Notes: generated by a model not told the origin, from the letters alone. Counted from the stretch's first letter, positions 52,226-63,138 are shown. The stretch: 64,000 bases of DNA from a bacterium (GCA_041946805.1 JBHGBC010000013.1:1-64000), one strand, 5' to 3'. Numbers and translations are program-made.

Positions 52226-53593
52226 TTATTGGGCGGCGTGCAATTGCAGCTGGATTTTCTGAGTATATGGGCCTAACTGGACCCGGGCATTGTACGGATT
52301 CGGCACGGTGATGTCTCCCGTAACATCCGTGAGCCCCGCTTCGCTGCGTTCGTTGTCTTCCCACAGGACGGGGCGGTCCAGGGTGTCGTATACGGCGCAT
52401 TGTTCGAATTCGATGCCCCCCTGATGCCGGGTGACTTCGGGATTCCACAGCGTGAGGAGAATGGGGACGCGGGGTCCGCCGTAGGTGGGATAGTCCGCGT
52501 CCCAGGCGTTCTTCCAGCTGCAATGGGTAAAGCGCACGCGCACGCCGTTCGCGGATTTATCCTCGAGTTTGACTCCTTCCTGGCCGGAGTTTTCCACGAC
52601 GCAGTTCCGGAATTCGATGATCCCTTGCGGCCCGTCATCACGCACCGCCTCCACCGCGATCCCAGCCCGGCCCGGGACGTTGTTGTCCCCGCGGGCCGCG
52701 CTGGTTTGGCCGCGGTTCATTCGTACGAGGCAGTTTTCGAAACGGATCGAAACCGGTTCGCTCTCCTTTGTCAGGGGCTTGAGGTAAATCAGAATCGCGT
52801 GGCCTTCATTATCTTCCACGACGCAATTGCGCACCATGCAATTCACCATCCGTTCCCCGGGAAGGTCGGGCTCCAGGTCGATTCCCGATCCGGGAGCCGT
52901 GCCGCGGGTCTGGGCCAGTGTACAGTTCTCGATGAGCAGATTGACCGCACTGATGACGCTGATTCCCTGGCGGTAATTGTCCAGACAAATGACATCGCGG
53001 ATCACAACGTCCTCGCACCAGTGGTTCCGTTCGCTGGAACCGATATACACACCGTCGCCCCCGCTGCTTTCGCAACGCAGGCCTTCCACCCGGATCCGCT
53101 TACAGCCGGTGAAGGCCAGTGTCATCCGCCATTCCCCCTTGGCGTAGTCCGGACCTTGGTAGTCTTTTTTCCACATGCGCAGAGTGGCGCCATAGCCGCG
53201 GATCGTGATGTCATTCTGGTCTTCCGCCTTGAGCAGGCAATCCGACTTGCCCTTGAATTCTCCCCGCTTGGCCTGAATGACCACCCCTGGCTCCAGGATG
53301 ATTTCCTGGCCGCCCCGCAGGCGGACCGGCCGCGTGATCCATGGAGAGCCCATGTAAGGCACAAAGACCGTTTTCGCGCCGGAATCGATGGCGGCCTGCA
53401 GGGAATCCGTTACATCGGAAGTATTGAATCCCCACCAGGCGGCGTTCGCCGTGGCCGTCTGGCCGGACAAGACTTTTGGAATTTCCAGTTCGTTGCGTTG
53501 AAAAAAAAGGGCCGTATCCGCCGGTGCGATCCCGCTTACGGATAGGATAAACAATAAAGATAAACTCCATCGCGCCGCGCAATGTGTATTCAT
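52226..53593 (-). CDS. Secreted right-handed parallel beta-helix protein (pectin-lyase-like fold)
   Basis: DSLQAAID, SGGDGVYI, NYRQGISV and GIDLEP repeats; signal peptide. Confidence 0.85.
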   Translation of the reverse strand: MNTHCAARWSLSLLFILSVSGIAPADTALFFQRNELEIPKVLSGQTATANAAWWGFNTSDVTDSLQAAIDSGAKTVFVPYMGSPWITRPVRLRGGQEIILEPGVVIQAKRGEFKGKSDCLLKAEDQNDITIRGYGATLRMWKKDYQGPDYAKGEWRMTLAFTGCKRIRVEGLRCESSGGDGVYIGSSERNHWCEDVVIRDVICLDNYRQGISVISAVNLLIENCTLAQTRGTAPGSGIDLEPDLPGERMVNCMVRNCVVEDNEGHAILIYLKPLTKESEPVSIRFENCLVRMNRGQTSAARGDNNVPGRAGIAVEAVRDDGPQGIIEFRNCVVENSGQEGVKLEDKSANGVRVRFTHCSWKNAWDADYPTYGGPRVPILLTLWNPEVTRHQGGIEFEQCAVYDTLDRPVLWEDNERSEAGLTDVTGDITVPNPYNARVQLGPYTQKIQLQLHAAQ

Positions 53594-53764
53594 GATGATT
53601 CACTCCAGGTTTCGGTATTCACCCGGTCCGGGTGTTGGTTGTTCTTGAGAACATGTCATCCAAATCCCTATCAGAATAGAGTTTTGAGCGCTGAGGGGTA
53701 GGGAAGGTTGGGCCGTGGGGCGGCGGAGGGTGGAGACGGACGAAAAGGGTGGAATATATTTTTA

Positions 53765-53804
53765 TCTGAATCAGGATGGCCAGGATTTGCAGGATGACCA
53801 GGAT
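53765..53804 (+). repeat. Family C repeat
   Basis: TCTGAATCAGGATGGCCAGGATTTGCAGGATGACCAGGAT. Confidence 0.75.
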
Positions 53805-54009
53805 AATTAACGGTGGGGGGCTACATTGCGCTTTGAGCCCACCCGACAGGTCCTGATTTCAGGGCTTCCCTCACCCATTTCCTTTCCCAAAGGGAGAGGA
53901 AATGGGGGGTGGCTTTCTTAAATCAGCCTAATCGAAGTTCGGCTTCGTTTTCGGATAAATGAACGCAGGCACTGGATGAACTGGAAAGTATCAATCCAAC
54001 TGGCCTGCC

Positions 54010-55191
54010 TTAATTCCCCGGTTGTCCCGCGGGGCGGAACAGCGCCAGGCTGGCGGTATGACCATGGATGAAATTTTTTCCGCCCACCGGGCCGAATTCA
54101 CCCGCGCAGAAAAATCCGGCCACCGGTACGGGGCCGAACACTTCCCGTGTGACCGTGACATCGTGATCGGGATCCGGAAACAGATGGGTTCCCCGCCCAT
54201 TGCACGAGAAGAGCAGCGCGCCCGCCGGCGGGGGCGCGGCGTGGAGCGCCAGCAGCGCCCGCAGGTCTTCGTCCGCCGACTCCGAGTCCCGCACATGGAA
54301 CTGGATGGTCGTGCCGGTCTCGACCTGGTCCATCACCGCGATGGCCCCGCTTTCCTGATCGGCGTCCATCAGGTTGCGGATGAGAAAATCCCCGCGCCGG
54401 AATTCCTGCTGGTATTCGTCGATCACCCTTCCGACGAACAGTCCTTGCGCCAACAAATGCCGGTCGCGTTGGGAGAGGGAATGGTACAACTCGTTGATCA
54501 CTTCCAGCGGCGGCTTGGCGCCCAGCTGATGAATGATGTTCCGGTCGCTTTTACTGATCAGTAGCGGTTGGCCGATCGGACGGCACCCCTGCGAGACCAC
54601 CGTGGCGATTTCCACCGCGCCGGTGATCGCCACTCCCACGGTTCCTTGCCGGCGCAACCGGCCATTGTGGATCAACACGTTGCGGCCGGGACCGTCCAAC
54701 GCACTGGCCATGCCGCCCACGGTCAGGCAGCCGGGGAAAAATTGGTTGATTCCGCCGAACAAGGCCGCGATATCCGTGGTGAAGGGATCGGACAGCATGA
54801 TCAATTTGCTTTTCGAGGGATCCACGGCCGGGATCGAGGATTTACAGGCTGTTTCCGATCCGCAACGGCTGATCTCGTCCGGGCTGAGATAAAAACTCTC
54901 CAGCCGGACGCCGGGCAGCCGCGCCATCCAGAGGGAAAGAGAAGGCGTGTTCTCGTATTCGCGCGTGGGACCGATCACGCTTTCTCCCGTACAGCCGAGC
55001 AGATGCAGGGCGCCCGTGGTGTTCTGGATCTGTTCCACCAGGGCGGGGATTTCATCCGCGAAATGATCGGTGACGAACAAAAAACCAAGATCGGCCGGAT
55101 CCGGCCCCAGCTGGGTTTGGATCTCGGCCAGAACCAGACCGATTAACGGCTTGGCTTGTTCCCCCGCCGCGCCGGCCGCGCCGATTTTCAT
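54010..55191 (-). CDS. FIST signal transduction protein
   Basis: GCTGESVIG, VSQGCRPIG, GALLFSCNGRG and GFFCAGEFGP motifs. Confidence 0.9.
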   Translation of the reverse strand: MKIGAAGAAGEQAKPLIGLVLAEIQTQLGPDPADLGFLFVTDHFADEIPALVEQIQNTTGALHLLGCTGESVIGPTREYENTPSLSLWMARLPGVRLESFYLSPDEISRCGSETACKSSIPAVDPSKSKLIMLSDPFTTDIAALFGGINQFFPGCLTVGGMASALDGPGRNVLIHNGRLRRQGTVGVAITGAVEIATVVSQGCRPIGQPLLISKSDRNIIHQLGAKPPLEVINELYHSLSQRDRHLLAQGLFVGRVIDEYQQEFRRGDFLIRNLMDADQESGAIAVMDQVETGTTIQFHVRDSESADEDLRALLALHAAPPPAGALLFSCNGRGTHLFPDPDHDVTVTREVFGPVPVAGFFCAGEFGPVGGKNFIHGHTASLALFRPAGQPGN

Positions 55192-55466
55192 GATGGTCTC
55201 CTTAATAAAATGGGTGATCCGGCCCGGGTGACGGGTACCCGGTTGCATGGGCATTCCGGAGAATCGGATTTGATAACGGAAACGGACTGAATCACTTTTA
55301 TTCCTTGCCTACGCGCTTCCCGGATGAACCTATAATGTTCCCCCGGGAATACACCCGCGCGGAACTCTCACCATAGGGAAAAATAATGAGGAGAACCAGG
55401 GGTGGCAAGGGTAGAGATAGGGATCATGGAAAGTAACGGTTTGCGGCACGGCCCGTTTGTATTACG

Positions 55467-58400
55467 ATGAACCAAGAACAAGACGCGGATCGCGCGAGGG
55501 TGCCAATCGTGACGCGCAGGAACGATTGTTGGCTGTTCCGGTGGATGCTGGGTTCGGTGATGGCCGGCTGGTTTCCGGTATGTTCAGCCGCGTGGGCGGT
55601 GGCGCCGGACCAGTCGAACGCCGATTTCACGCTATCCCTGAACGGCGCTTGGGAATTCGCGCTTTCCTCTCCTGATACATCCACTTTGGGAGAGGCGTTC
55701 TTCACTAACGATTTCACCTTTGGCGGTTGGAAATCCGTTCCCGTGCCCGGCCATTGGCTGCTCGCGGGATTCCAACCTCCACGGGAAATCTCCGCGAGGC
55801 CGGTATCCGGCTTGTACCGTCGGCGTTTCACGCTGCCGCGGGAATGGATCAACCGGCGTTGTTTTCTGCGGTTTGAGGGTGTTATGGGCCGTTTCCAGGC
55901 TTGGGTGAATGGGCGCGCGGCCGGCCGCCAGACGCGTTCCGGCTTGCCTGGACAATTCGAGATCACGTCCCTCTTGAACGGATCCGAAGAGCACCTGCTG
56001 GCCGTGCGGGTGGACAGCGCCCGGATTCCGGACGCCACGGATACAGTCGATCTCTCCGGTATTTTCCGGGATGTCCGGCTCTTCGCGGTTCCCAGTCCCT
56101 GCATCGACGATTGGTCGGTGCAATGCGAAATCAAGGACCCTGCTGAATCCGCCCAAGCCAGGATCGTGGTCAATTTGCTGCACCGGGATGACAACCCGGA
56201 TTGGTCCGGCATCACGGTCAATTGCCGGCTGGACCATCCCGGAGGAAAAACCGTGGCGGAAGTGGAAATCACCTCGTTGGAGGTTTCCGGACCGCGGGCC
56301 ACCGGCCGGGTGTCCCTGCCGGCCGCTCAGCCCCTCCTGTGGACGGCGGAGACTCCGAATCTCTACCGGCTTACCTTGGAACTGAAACAATCCGGGCAGG
56401 TGCTGCACCGGATTACCGGAAACGTCGGCCTTCGGCAAGTCACGATCCGCAAGGGCGAACTGGCCCTCAACGGCGTTCCCATCCATTTGCGCGGCGTAAA
56501 CTACACCGAAGTCCGTCCGGATGTGGGCATGGCCTTGCGGGAAGAACATTGGCGGCGCGATCTGGAGCAGATGAAGCAGGCCAATATCAACGCCCTTCGC
56601 CCCTTGTCCGGGCCGCTGCACCCCCGGTTTCTCGAACTGTGCGACGAGCTGGGATTCTACGTGATCGGCGAACTGCCGGTTTATGGAATCGATCCCGCCC
56701 CGGCCGCGGACCGGATTCCGGATTCATCCCCCGGGGATTTCGTCCCCCCCGGCGCGCGGGACGCCGGGGAAGAAGATCCGGTCCAAACCCTTATCAGCCG
56801 GGACCGGAACCACCCATGCGTCATCACCTGGAGCCTGGGAGATCATCCGGCCTGGGATCCGTCCTTGCTCGAGACAGTGCGAATGGTCCATTCGCTCGAT
56901 CCCACCCGCCCGGTGCTGATGCCTGGTTGCGCCGATCCATCCCTGCCCGCCGAGGTGGAAATCCTGGCGCCCCGCAATCCATCGCTCGAGACCTGGAAAA
57001 AACTCGCCCGGGCGGGACGGCCCGTGATCGCCGTCTCCCACACGCCCGCCCTGGGCGGCGCCGTGGAAGGACTGGATGAATTTTGGCGGACCGTGATGGA
57101 AAACCGGAATCTGGCGGGCGGAATGCTGCAGCAGTTCGCGGATTCCCCCTCGCCGGATATTTTCCCGCATGGCTCCGCCGCTCCCGGGGAATATCGCTCC
57201 GATGGCCAGGACGGCATCGTCGGCGCGGACCGTACGCCGCAGAGCGGCTTCTGGCAGGTCCGGAAGATCTATTCTCCGGTGCGCGTGGAAGAAACCGCGC
57301 TCCCGGTCAAACCCGGGCGGCAAATCCTCGAGATTCCCCTGCGCAACGAACACGATTTTCTCAACCTGGCCGCCCTGCGTTGCCGCTGGTTCTTGCGGCG
57401 GGATGGCGAGCCGGTCATCGACCGGCCCCTTATCCTTCAACTGGCCCCGCAACAAAGCATGGAAGTGGCGCTGGTGCTGGATCTCCCTAACGATTTGCCC
57501 GGCCACGAGTACACCGTGCGTCTGACATTCAACTACCCGTCCGGATGGACCATCGACGAACACGTCGTCCGGCTCCTGCCCCGGAATTGGGAAGAATCGT
57601 TCGTTCTCCGGCTGCGTGATTTGAAATGGGATGAGGAATTTCAAGTCGTGGGGGATGCCCAACAAATCCGGTGCGAACACCGGGATTATGCCTTCATCAT
57701 TCAACAAACCACGGCCTCCTGGTTCATGCGCGCCAAGGATCATAACATCCGGCTGATCAACGGCGGACCGTACCTCCGCGTAGGGCGCGATCCCCATCCC
57801 GCGGAACTGCGGCATGGCTTTGTGGGAGAGGCGTCCCCCTTGTGGCGGCCGCCCCTGTTGCGCGGCCTGTGGGTGGATACCAAACAGATGGAGAAGTTCG
57901 GCCGGGACGTCCTCGTCCAGTCGCTCGTTCGCGGGGAAAGCCTGGTTCCGCCGGAAACCGCCTTGCGCGCCCAGGTCGATTACTTGTTTTCTCCCTTCGG
58001 TTTTTGCGATGTGCAATTCATGTTCGATACCGAGAACCTGCCGGGCGGATTTTTGGAAACCGGTCTGGCGTTTCAAATCCCCGCGGCGATGAACCAGGCG
58101 GCCTGGCTGGGCGAGGGGCCGTATCCTTCCTTCCCGGGGCAGGAGGCGCTGGCGTCGCGAGGCGTCTTCTTTGCCAATCCGCTGTCCCGGTTCCTGCCCG
58201 GCCCCCGCGCCGGCGCCGATGCGTTGCTTTTCCGGGATGCCAACGGCTATGGATTGGGAATCATGATGTTGAACGGACAATTCTCGCTGGAACCCTCGGA
58301 GGAAGGGACCGTGGTCACCATTCTTGCCGCCACGGCCGGATTGGGGAACGGCGCATACCCCACCCGGCATCCGCTCATTGCCCGGGATCTGCCGCCGGAG

Positions 58401-58511
58401 CGGCGTTCGGCGGCGTTTCGGATTGTACCCTTGATTCGCGGCCGTTACCCGGCCTTTTTTCAAAATCTATGGGAACAAGCCGTGAAATGGAGAGACCATC
58501 CTATTCCCTGA
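55467..58511 (+). CDS. GH2 LacZ-like protein with substituted catalytic residues
   Basis: LSLNGAW, FEGV, SGIFRDV, LWTAETPNLY, RGVN and RDRNHP motifs; WSLGDH instead of WSLGNE. Confidence 0.85.
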   Translation: MNQEQDADRARVPIVTRRNDCWLFRWMLGSVMAGWFPVCSAAWAVAPDQSNADFTLSLNGAWEFALSSPDTSTLGEAFFTNDFTFGGWKSVPVPGHWLLAGFQPPREISARPVSGLYRRRFTLPREWINRRCFLRFEGVMGRFQAWVNGRAAGRQTRSGLPGQFEITSLLNGSEEHLLAVRVDSARIPDATDTVDLSGIFRDVRLFAVPSPCIDDWSVQCEIKDPAESAQARIVVNLLHRDDNPDWSGITVNCRLDHPGGKTVAEVEITSLEVSGPRATGRVSLPAAQPLLWTAETPNLYRLTLELKQSGQVLHRITGNVGLRQVTIRKGELALNGVPIHLRGVNYTEVRPDVGMALREEHWRRDLEQMKQANINALRPLSGPLHPRFLELCDELGFYVIGELPVYGIDPAPAADRIPDSSPGDFVPPGARDAGEEDPVQTLISRDRNHPCVITWSLGDHPAWDPSLLETVRMVHSLDPTRPVLMPGCADPSLPAEVEILAPRNPSLETWKKLARAGRPVIAVSHTPALGGAVEGLDEFWRTVMENRNLAGGMLQQFADSPSPDIFPHGSAAPGEYRSDGQDGIVGADRTPQSGFWQVRKIYSPVRVEETALPVKPGRQILEIPLRNEHDFLNLAALRCRWFLRRDGEPVIDRPLILQLAPQQSMEVALVLDLPNDLPGHEYTVRLTFNYPSGWTIDEHVVRLLPRNWEESFVLRLRDLKWDEEFQVVGDAQQIRCEHRDYAFIIQQTTASWFMRAKDHNIRLINGGPYLRVGRDPHPAELRHGFVGEASPLWRPPLLRGLWVDTKQMEKFGRDVLVQSLVRGESLVPPETALRAQVDYLFSPFGFCDVQFMFDTENLPGGFLETGLAFQIPAAMNQAAWLGEGPYPSFPGQEALASRGVFFANPLSRFLPGPRAGADALLFRDANGYGLGIMMLNGQFSLEPSEEGTVVTILAATAGLGNGAYPTRHPLIARDLPPERRSAAFRIVPLIRGRYPAFFQNLWEQAVKWRDHPIP

Positions 58512-58578
58512 ATCGTTATTATGGTATGAAATACCACATCCTTTTCACAATTTCATATAAACACCAGGAGAAGAGGCG

Positions 58579-59142
58579 ATGAAAGAGACGCGTAAGTCGA
58601 GAGGTTGGCACAGTGTTTTGACTGCAGGGTTGGTTCTTGGGATGATCACGGGGACCATCGGGACCATGGCGTTCGCGCAGGATGTGGAGCCGCCGTTTAC
58701 CTGGAAGGGGGATGGATCCGCATGGTATGTCCAGAACGGCGCGGTGGAGAGTATTGCCTTCAAGGCGCAAACGCGCGTGGAAGCCGATGGGACGGTCTCC
58801 GGCGAATTTTCCACCGACGACGGGGGCGCGGTTATCGAACGTCTCTATTATGGACAATTGAACGATAATACTCGCAAAGTGGTTCTGGTCCTTTCGGTGA
58901 AATCGGAAGACGGTGGCATTCTCTATATCCTGGATGGCCGTCTGATCGGGGACAGCCTCCTGTACGGTGAAGTCCTGATCAAGAAATTCGAGAAAGAGGG
59001 GGAAATTGAAAAGGGCTTGCAACTCGGCGATAAAACCGCCCTGGAAATTTATCCGGATTACCTGCCCTCCGGACTCAAAAAAGCGCTTACCACCTGCCGC
59101 CCGGCCGGGTGCTTCAAAGTAAGCGGCGGCTTCTCGCAGTAA
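58579..59142 (+). CDS. Secreted hypothetical beta-rich protein
   Basis: Signal peptide AFA-Q; GAGG RBS. Confidence 0.7.
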   Translation: MKETRKSRGWHSVLTAGLVLGMITGTIGTMAFAQDVEPPFTWKGDGSAWYVQNGAVESIAFKAQTRVEADGTVSGEFSTDDGGAVIERLYYGQLNDNTRKVVLVLSVKSEDGGILYILDGRLIGDSLLYGEVLIKKFEKEGEIEKGLQLGDKTALEIYPDYLPSGLKKALTTCRPAGCFKVSGGFSQ

Positions 59143-59496
59143 GAAGGAACCGCGCGATGTTCCTCCCGCCCGCTCCTGGATCATCTGATCCGGGAGCGGG
59201 CTTGTTTATGATATCCAGGCCGATGAGAGGGCGGGAGGACAAACCTTCGGGTGAGACGCTATTCTCCTCCGGGCCGGGCAGAATCCGATGGCGGACAACC
59301 CCCGGGCGTTCCCGCATCCGAATCCTCTGTCTGGGAGAGGGAACCACACGGCGCGAAAGACCGGAAATCCATGACGAAAAGAGAAATCTTTTCATGGACC
59401 TATGATGAAATGACTTCCATTCTGCTAAGATCATCTCTATAAATACTTGTTCGGAATGGTGTGGACTTGATCTTGAACTAATTTTCGATCGATCCG

Positions 59497-59745
59497 ATGA
59501 ATTACAATGAGCTTTTTTCCAATTACGTCTGCCTGAAATGCCGGGGCCGGTCCTGTGTTTTTTCCGAAGTCTCGATCGGTAACCTGCCCAAAAAACTGCT
59601 CTTCCGCTCCCACGATCAGCGCTATGTTTTCGTCACCTGCGAATTGTGCGGCTATACGGAAATGTACAGCCTCAACGTCCTGGTCAAGCAAAACGCCGTA
59701 GTCCCCGCCAAACAAACCACCCCCGTGGTGGAGAAGTTGGATTGA
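59497..59745 (+). CDS. Small zinc-ribbon protein
   Basis: CLKC...CELCGYTEMY. Confidence 0.75.
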   Translation: MNYNELFSNYVCLKCRGRSCVFSEVSIGNLPKKLLFRSHDQRYVFVTCELCGYTEMYSLNVLVKQNAVVPAKQTTPVVEKLD

Positions 59746-59973
59746 AGATTCGATGAGAAAAATGCGAGGAGACGGCACGGGCTTCCACTCCGTGAAACGC
59801 CCCGTGATAGATGGGCGCCAAACAAACGCAGGATGGGGTAGCGAACCGTACTCCATCAAAAACCGCCGTTTCGTGGGAGCGCGTTGCCACCTGCCCCTGC
59901 GGTTTGCCTTGCGAGTTTCCTGCTAGTTTCCAGCCAAGGGCTTTCCCAAGACAAGGGCTTACCCAAGACAAAA

Positions 59974-60005
59974 AAAAACACCCCCGCTTATACGAGGGTG
60001 TTTTT
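59974..60005. terminator. Bidirectional intrinsic terminator
   Basis: AAAAACACCC...GGGTGTTTTT between convergent genes. Confidence 0.75.
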
Positions 60006-60054
60006 GCGGCAGTCCGGAATACGAATTAAACCAAACGGATCCGCGTGCGAGCGG

Positions 60055-61182
60055 TCAATAGCATTCCCAATTCAACACGTCCGTGCTCTTCGCGACCGCG
60101 ACCCGGAAGTTATCGACGAACACCCGTTTTTCGAGATCACTGGCGGAATCGTTGTTCGTGCTGATCCGGATCCGCAGCCAGCCGTTCGGATCGCTGATGT
60201 TGGCGAGGTGGGGAGTCATGTCCACTTCGTACAACAGTTCGCGCCAATCACTGGTGGCGTCGGCGTATCCGATTTCCCGGGTGTCCGTGTACGCGTCGTC
60301 AACTCCGCTATCGGTGATATTCGAGGCAATGTCGATGCGCGACTGCAGCCATCCCGAGGAAATCGCGTCGCCTACGTACACGTCGAACAGAATTTCTTTT
60401 ACATCTTTCCACCGGTTGAAAGCCGCCAGGGCATCCGTGGTCTGCACGGTCCAGATATACCCGGCGCCGGTCCACATCACCATGTAGTTGCTTCCTTCCT
60501 TGGGTGTCACATCCCCCGCGCCCAGTTCCGGCGGGATTTGTCCCTCGCCTCCGACCGTCCAACCCAGGGGTTCACCGGTGGCGGCGTCTTTATCGTTGAA
60601 GCCGTAAACCAGAACCTCCTCGACCTCGGGGGTATTGGCCGGACGTACGGCATAGATGTTATCGATATAGATTTCGCCGATGTTGGCGCCGTTTTCCGGT
60701 GCGAAAAATCCGCCTAACCAATTGATGGATTTAATGAATTCGCTTTCCGATAATTTCCGGTCGATGGGAAATACCAGCTCTTGCCATTGCCCCTTGGCGG
60801 AAGCATAGGCCATGCCGAGGATGTTTCCGCTGGCCAAGTCCAACCTCATGCTGAGGTCCCCCTGGCATTGTTCGGTGAAATAAACCGACATCCGGATTTC
60901 CCGCATCCCGGTCAAATCCACGGGATCGATGGGGAAAGACATATTGACGTATTGCCAGGTCGAACCCATGTTGTCATAGGTCACCACCAGCGCGTAGTTC
61001 CCATCCGCTGGGGTTACACCACCGGGTTTTTCCTCGATCCCTGAATACTGGATGTTTCCACCCGTCCATTGCCACACGAATTCGTCCTCGAAACTGGTGA
61101 TGTTGACTCGTTTCTCCTCCTGCGCGGTTGCCACGGCCGCCACGGTGAAACACACAATGAAAATCCAAGCCGCTCGCTTCAT
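60055..61182 (-). CDS. Secreted protein with two tandem CBM-like domains and VxxWxxY terminus
   Basis: Signal peptide; internal duplication (VTPADGNY / VTPKEGSNY; IYIDNI / VFVDNF); ends DVLNWECY. Confidence 0.75.
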   Translation of the reverse strand: MKRAAWIFIVCFTVAAVATAQEEKRVNITSFEDEFVWQWTGGNIQYSGIEEKPGGVTPADGNYALVVTYDNMGSTWQYVNMSFPIDPVDLTGMREIRMSVYFTEQCQGDLSMRLDLASGNILGMAYASAKGQWQELVFPIDRKLSESEFIKSINWLGGFFAPENGANIGEIYIDNIYAVRPANTPEVEEVLVYGFNDKDAATGEPLGWTVGGEGQIPPELGAGDVTPKEGSNYMVMWTGAGYIWTVQTTDALAAFNRWKDVKEILFDVYVGDAISSGWLQSRIDIASNITDSGVDDAYTDTREIGYADATSDWRELLYEVDMTPHLANISDPNGWLRIRISTNNDSASDLEKRVFVDNFRVAVAKSTDVLNWECY

Positions 61183-61407
61183 CTTATCTCTCCTTTTCGC
61201 ATCGAATCCTCGAATGGGTATCCAGGCGCCAGAATCCCTGTATCACCCATTCTATCTCTGTTTCATGAATCCATCATGAAACTCAATTTATAGATCAATT
61301 TATCATATCTTTTCAAATCCATATAGATGCCCTTCAGCCGTTTTGATGAAAAATTGGGTAACCGGCGTGACGGCTGCGTGAAGGGCAAATCCGCCGGGCA
61401 GGCTGCC

Positions 61408-62934
61408 TCATTCGGTTCGCAAAACCGCCGGTTTGATGGTCCAGGCTTGCAGGCGGGCGGTCTCCATCAGCTTCGGCGCGTTGAAGCCTTCCGGGAAGAT
61501 GATCCATCCCCACAGGCCGGGACGGTCATCCGGAACGTACTTCCCCGCTTCGAAACTCCCGGGCCGCAGCGGGCAGGAATCCCCGCTCCCGAGAATGCAC
61601 TGAGCGAGAGTCGCCGCGAAATCCTCGGGACGCAGCGGTTTTCCGTCCACCCAGGCCACGGAGGGCATTTGCCCGGTCTGATCCAGGATGGAGACCAGTT
61701 CCCGTGCCGCCTCGATCATCCGGTTCCGCGGGAACGATCCTTCCGTCACGAAGCGCTCCGCCCGGGCGGCCGGCCCAAACGCGAAACGGAGTTCGATGGA
61801 CTCGAGAGCCGGATTGGGGAGGGCCGCCGGGTCGATGTTGAGATCTCCGGTCCGCGCGAAATACGCGGCCAGGGCGTACATTCCTTCCGCCGCCGAGACG
61901 ATCCGGTCCGGATCGAGTGTGACAAAAGTAATGGCTTGCGAAAACCGCCGGGCGATTTTCAGCACGTCTTCCCGGGACAGCGGCCGGTCATACGCCTTGT
62001 CCGGATAGAGAGAGGGGATCTCCCGGGCGGTGACGATCCGCGTGGCGGGATGGCCGATGACGTGATCCAGCAGCCGCTCGAGGGCCTGGAAGGCTTGTTC
62101 CCGCTCGGCCGGCGATTTCACCGGCGGCCGTTTCCATTGCTCCCGGGACGGATTCGCGCCGTGGGCGAAATTCACGCCGTCCCAAAATTCCCGATGCACA
62201 AATTCACAGGGATGATAATAAATACTGATGATGCCTCCTCCCTCGCCCTGGAGCTTTTCCGCGGCGGCGTCGTAACGGCGGCAGGCCGCCTTCACATCTT
62301 CTTCCATCCACCCATCGGTGCGGACCACGCAATCGCCCAGTTCGAGAATGTTGAGCACCCCGCCATACCAAAACGGCCGGTTGCCGAGATTTACGTGGTC
62401 CGTGACATCCAGGTACAAGGGGATGTTCCATTCCCGCAGCGCGGCGTAACTTTCCGGCGTCCAAGAGCCGCCCGGCTGGCCGTAACACGAAGCGTTGACT
62501 CCGAAAATTTGCCGGAGCCATTGCAATCCCACGCCTTCCCGGCGGATGAATTCCTGAACGCCCTCGTTCCAGTCCAGGTCGCGCGAATATTCCGAGGGTG
62601 TCGGATGCAGGCTGTGATACGTGGAATGATAGGCGATGTCGTTCCGCGCCAAGGCCAGGATCACATCCTCGCGTCCCCGTTCCCGCAGCATGCGCGCCTT
62701 TTCGCCGACGATCTTGAATGTGGCCTGCGCCTTGCGCGAAGTGAAGAGCTCGGCGATCCGCTTGGCCGCGTCATCCGATTCCGGGAGAATATAATCTTCC
62801 GTGTCGAACCAGAAGACGGCGTAGACCGGAGCGCCGTTTTGTCCTGGAGCGTTTTCGTCCGCGGTGGCCGGGATTTCCCAACCTCCCCATCCCCAAAGCG
62901 TGGCCATGATCAACAATCCGGTTCGTTTCATCAT
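61408..62934 (-). CDS. Secreted polysaccharide deacetylase-like (NodB/GH57-type barrel) protein
   Basis: FDTED, ATF, YHSTYHS and YYHPCE motifs; signal peptide. Confidence 0.7.
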   Translation of the reverse strand: MMKRTGLLIMATLWGWGGWEIPATADENAPGQNGAPVYAVFWFDTEDYILPESDDAAKRIAELFTSRKAQATFKIVGEKARMLRERGREDVILALARNDIAYHSTYHSLHPTPSEYSRDLDWNEGVQEFIRREGVGLQWLRQIFGVNASCYGQPGGSWTPESYAALREWNIPLYLDVTDHVNLGNRPFWYGGVLNILELGDCVVRTDGWMEEDVKAACRRYDAAAEKLQGEGGGIISIYYHPCEFVHREFWDGVNFAHGANPSREQWKRPPVKSPAEREQAFQALERLLDHVIGHPATRIVTAREIPSLYPDKAYDRPLSREDVLKIARRFSQAITFVTLDPDRIVSAAEGMYALAAYFARTGDLNIDPAALPNPALESIELRFAFGPAARAERFVTEGSFPRNRMIEAARELVSILDQTGQMPSVAWVDGKPLRPEDFAATLAQCILGSGDSCPLRPGSFEAGKYVPDDRPGLWGWIIFPEGFNAPKLMETARLQAWTIKPAVLRTE

Positions 62935-63138
62935 CGCACCTCGGCATTCGGATAAGCGTCAATGTGACACATGCTTTGATAATCCGCTTATAAAACCGTT
63001 TGGGGGTTCGAATCTCCCCCATGCTACTCTTTCCAGTCAATATCCCTTTATAGTATGAGTCGGGATCCAATGTCTAGAAGACAATCTCCGGAGATGCGAA
63101 AGGGTTTTACCGCCAGACACCGTGGGCGCGTCAAATCG

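Noticed and set aside
63002..63020. GGGGGTTCGAATCTCCCCC, a tRNA T-arm-like hairpin
   Set aside because: No D-arm, anticodon arm or acceptor stem can be built around it
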